Shown here: one piece after another, positions 62,355-64,000 of the stretch
Layout of the letters: each line of letters begins with the position of its first letter
How positions within the stretch are numbered: position 1 is the first letter of the stretch
From: Candidatus Marinacidobacterales bacterium
GTDB lineage: Bacteria; Acidobacteriota; Vicinamibacteria; Marinacidobacterales; DATDRI01
DNA: 64,000 nucleotides
NCBI GenBank assembly: GCA_965219415.1
Contig: CBDCNP010000002.1
Location: forward strand, 4,512,001-4,576,000
Direction: 5' to 3'
Translations under genes and position numbers: made by a program
Notes under the pieces: model-generated
Told to the model about the DNA's origin: nothing
The model's database searches: none
The model's input: the letters and a program-made list of their open reading frames with translations, nothing else

Positions 62355-64000
62355 GGCTTCGGGGACAGCGCTTGCCACTCCGTGCTTGCCGCGTCGCTGG
62401 CGACAAGCCGATCGTACTTGCCGGCGCCGCCAGCCTGCTCGCGCACGCCCCAAACGTCGGCATGGTTGTATGCGGGGCGAATCGGCACGGTTCCACTTGG
62501 GGGGCACATGAATAAGCCGATGGCAACGCCCTGCTGGATGTCGAAGATGTTCTCATCCTTGCCGCCGTCCGGCGCGCGGTCCTTCTTCTTCGCGTTGCCG
62601 TGCAGGTCAAGCAGGTGTATTTGCGGAAATGTAGCAGCGAGGCTCTCGCGCATGCCGCGAAACGTGGGGTTGTCCAGGTAGCTGTGGTTGGTGATGAAGC
62701 CGAATAGGCCTAGGCCCGTGCGTTCGATCTGCCAGTGGGCGAGGCGGATGAACTTTACGTAGTCGTCGTTCAGCCATTTGGGATTACGTTCGTTCAGCGG
62801 GCCGCCGTCAACCTCGAAATAGTTCTCCACGCGCAGCGTACCCGCACTCCCCCGGAGCAACTCCCGAATCCAGGCGCCCTTGTTGGCAGAGTGGCCCGAG
62901 TACGGTGGGTTGCCGATGATGACCGTGAACCGTGCGGCACGCTTGACCTCGTTCACCGCCTGGGCTTCGTCGGCTAGCGCCGGAATCGCGAAGTCGAAAG
63001 CTCCTTGTGAAAAATCCTGCTCCGATTCCAGCGCGTTGGTGAGATACACTCGCGCCCGCTCGTCGCTGCCGAAGCGGTAGCCGGTCTCGTAAAGCTTGAG
63101 GCCGATCTTGAGGTGGGCGATGGCATAGGGTGCCATCAGGAGTTCGTAGCCGTGCAGGCGCGGCAGCAGGTGCTTTGGCACGTACTCGTTCCAAAACGCG
63201 TCGATCTTCTTCTCGCCGTGCCCCTGTGCCTTCCACTTGGCGACAAGCGTCTTGTGGATGAGGTCGATGGCCTCCACGAGGAAGGTGCCAGTGCCGGTGG
63301 CGGGATCGAGGATCTGCACGAAACCCTGATCCGGCGAGATGGCGTCGGGGATGCTCAGGCCCTCGCGGCGTTCTGCCATCTCCCCCCACGTTGCGGTGTC
63401 CGCGAGGCCATCCTTCAGCTTGAACTCGCTCCGCAGCAAGGTATGCACGGAGCGGACGATGTAGGAGACGATCGGGCGCGGGGTGTAGAAAACGCCGCGC
63501 TGCATCCGTTTCTCCGCGTCGTACTCCTTCAGGAACAGCTCGTAGAAGTGAATAACCGGGTCTTCTCGTGGGTTTCGGTCGCCGAAGTCGCGGACCACGG
63601 CTTCCATGTTGGCGTTGTCGAGTAGTTCGACAACCTCGGCAACGCCGAGCTCGTCGAAGTCGATCCCCTCAGCGCCCGGCTCGTTGTGGCGCCCGCCGAC
63701 CTTGAGGAACATTTCCATCAAGTCGCGGAGAAATGGGTTTGTGCGCATGTGACTTGCGAAGTCGTCGACCGTTTTCTTGTGCGGATCGGCGATGCGCGCG
63801 GAGAGCAGGCCGTATGCGATCGTCTGGGCGTACATGTCGGCGAAGCCGTCCGCGTCCAGGTCGTGAACGAGCGCTGTCTGGAACGCCTTCATGAGTTTGT
63901 TCAGCGGGCCGTGTTGGGTCTCGATGGCGATGGCGGTCGTGATGCGGTCGCGGATGGTGCGCGCGAGCTCGGCCAGACGAACCGCAAGCTCGCGGGACGT
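62355..64000 (-). pseudogene. Type ISP/IIG-like N6-adenine MTase, 3'-truncated by IS (5' part outside window)
   Basis: FADMYAQT, GVFYTP, DPATGTGTFL, GNPPY, DDYVKFIR and DLHGN. The specificity region is missing. Confidence 0.88.

Overview
This 64-kb accessory region is a mosaic of mostly single, often tightly trimmed genes or gene pieces, and many are anti-phage-type. They include type I HsdR plus a YgjP-like protein, a TIR-NB-ARC-TPR protein, an ADP-ribosylglycohydrolase, two or three HEPN-type proteins, AlbA_2/Schlafen, Dam-family MTase plus PD-(D/E)XK nuclease, HEPN/Toprim, TerB-N, a metallophosphoesterase plus HSP90-like ATPase pair, a type ISP/IIG-like MTase and two orphan cas2 remnants. 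Others are S1/P1 nuclease, TlpA, Nramp, aquaporin and a Sel1-repeat protein. Almost every junction between cargo blocks is occupied by one of five families of short non-coding repeats, here named A-E (about 50 copies or fragments by manual count), or by a 1285-bp rve/DDE insertion sequence (6 full and 2 partial copies). Families A, D and E are demonstrably the ends of a related group of rve-transposase elements and share a CGTC terminal motif. B is a 166-bp MITE, and C pairs with A to form TGT...ACA MITEs. These ends are stacked into each other, generally without target-site duplications and without the other half of the interrupted sequence. The most interesting reading is an integron-like defence-cassette array assembled and trimmed by DDE/rve transposon ends. 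The conservative reading is a transposon hot spot with repeated adjacent deletions plus selection. All counts, coordinates and family assignments are from manual reading with no database searches.
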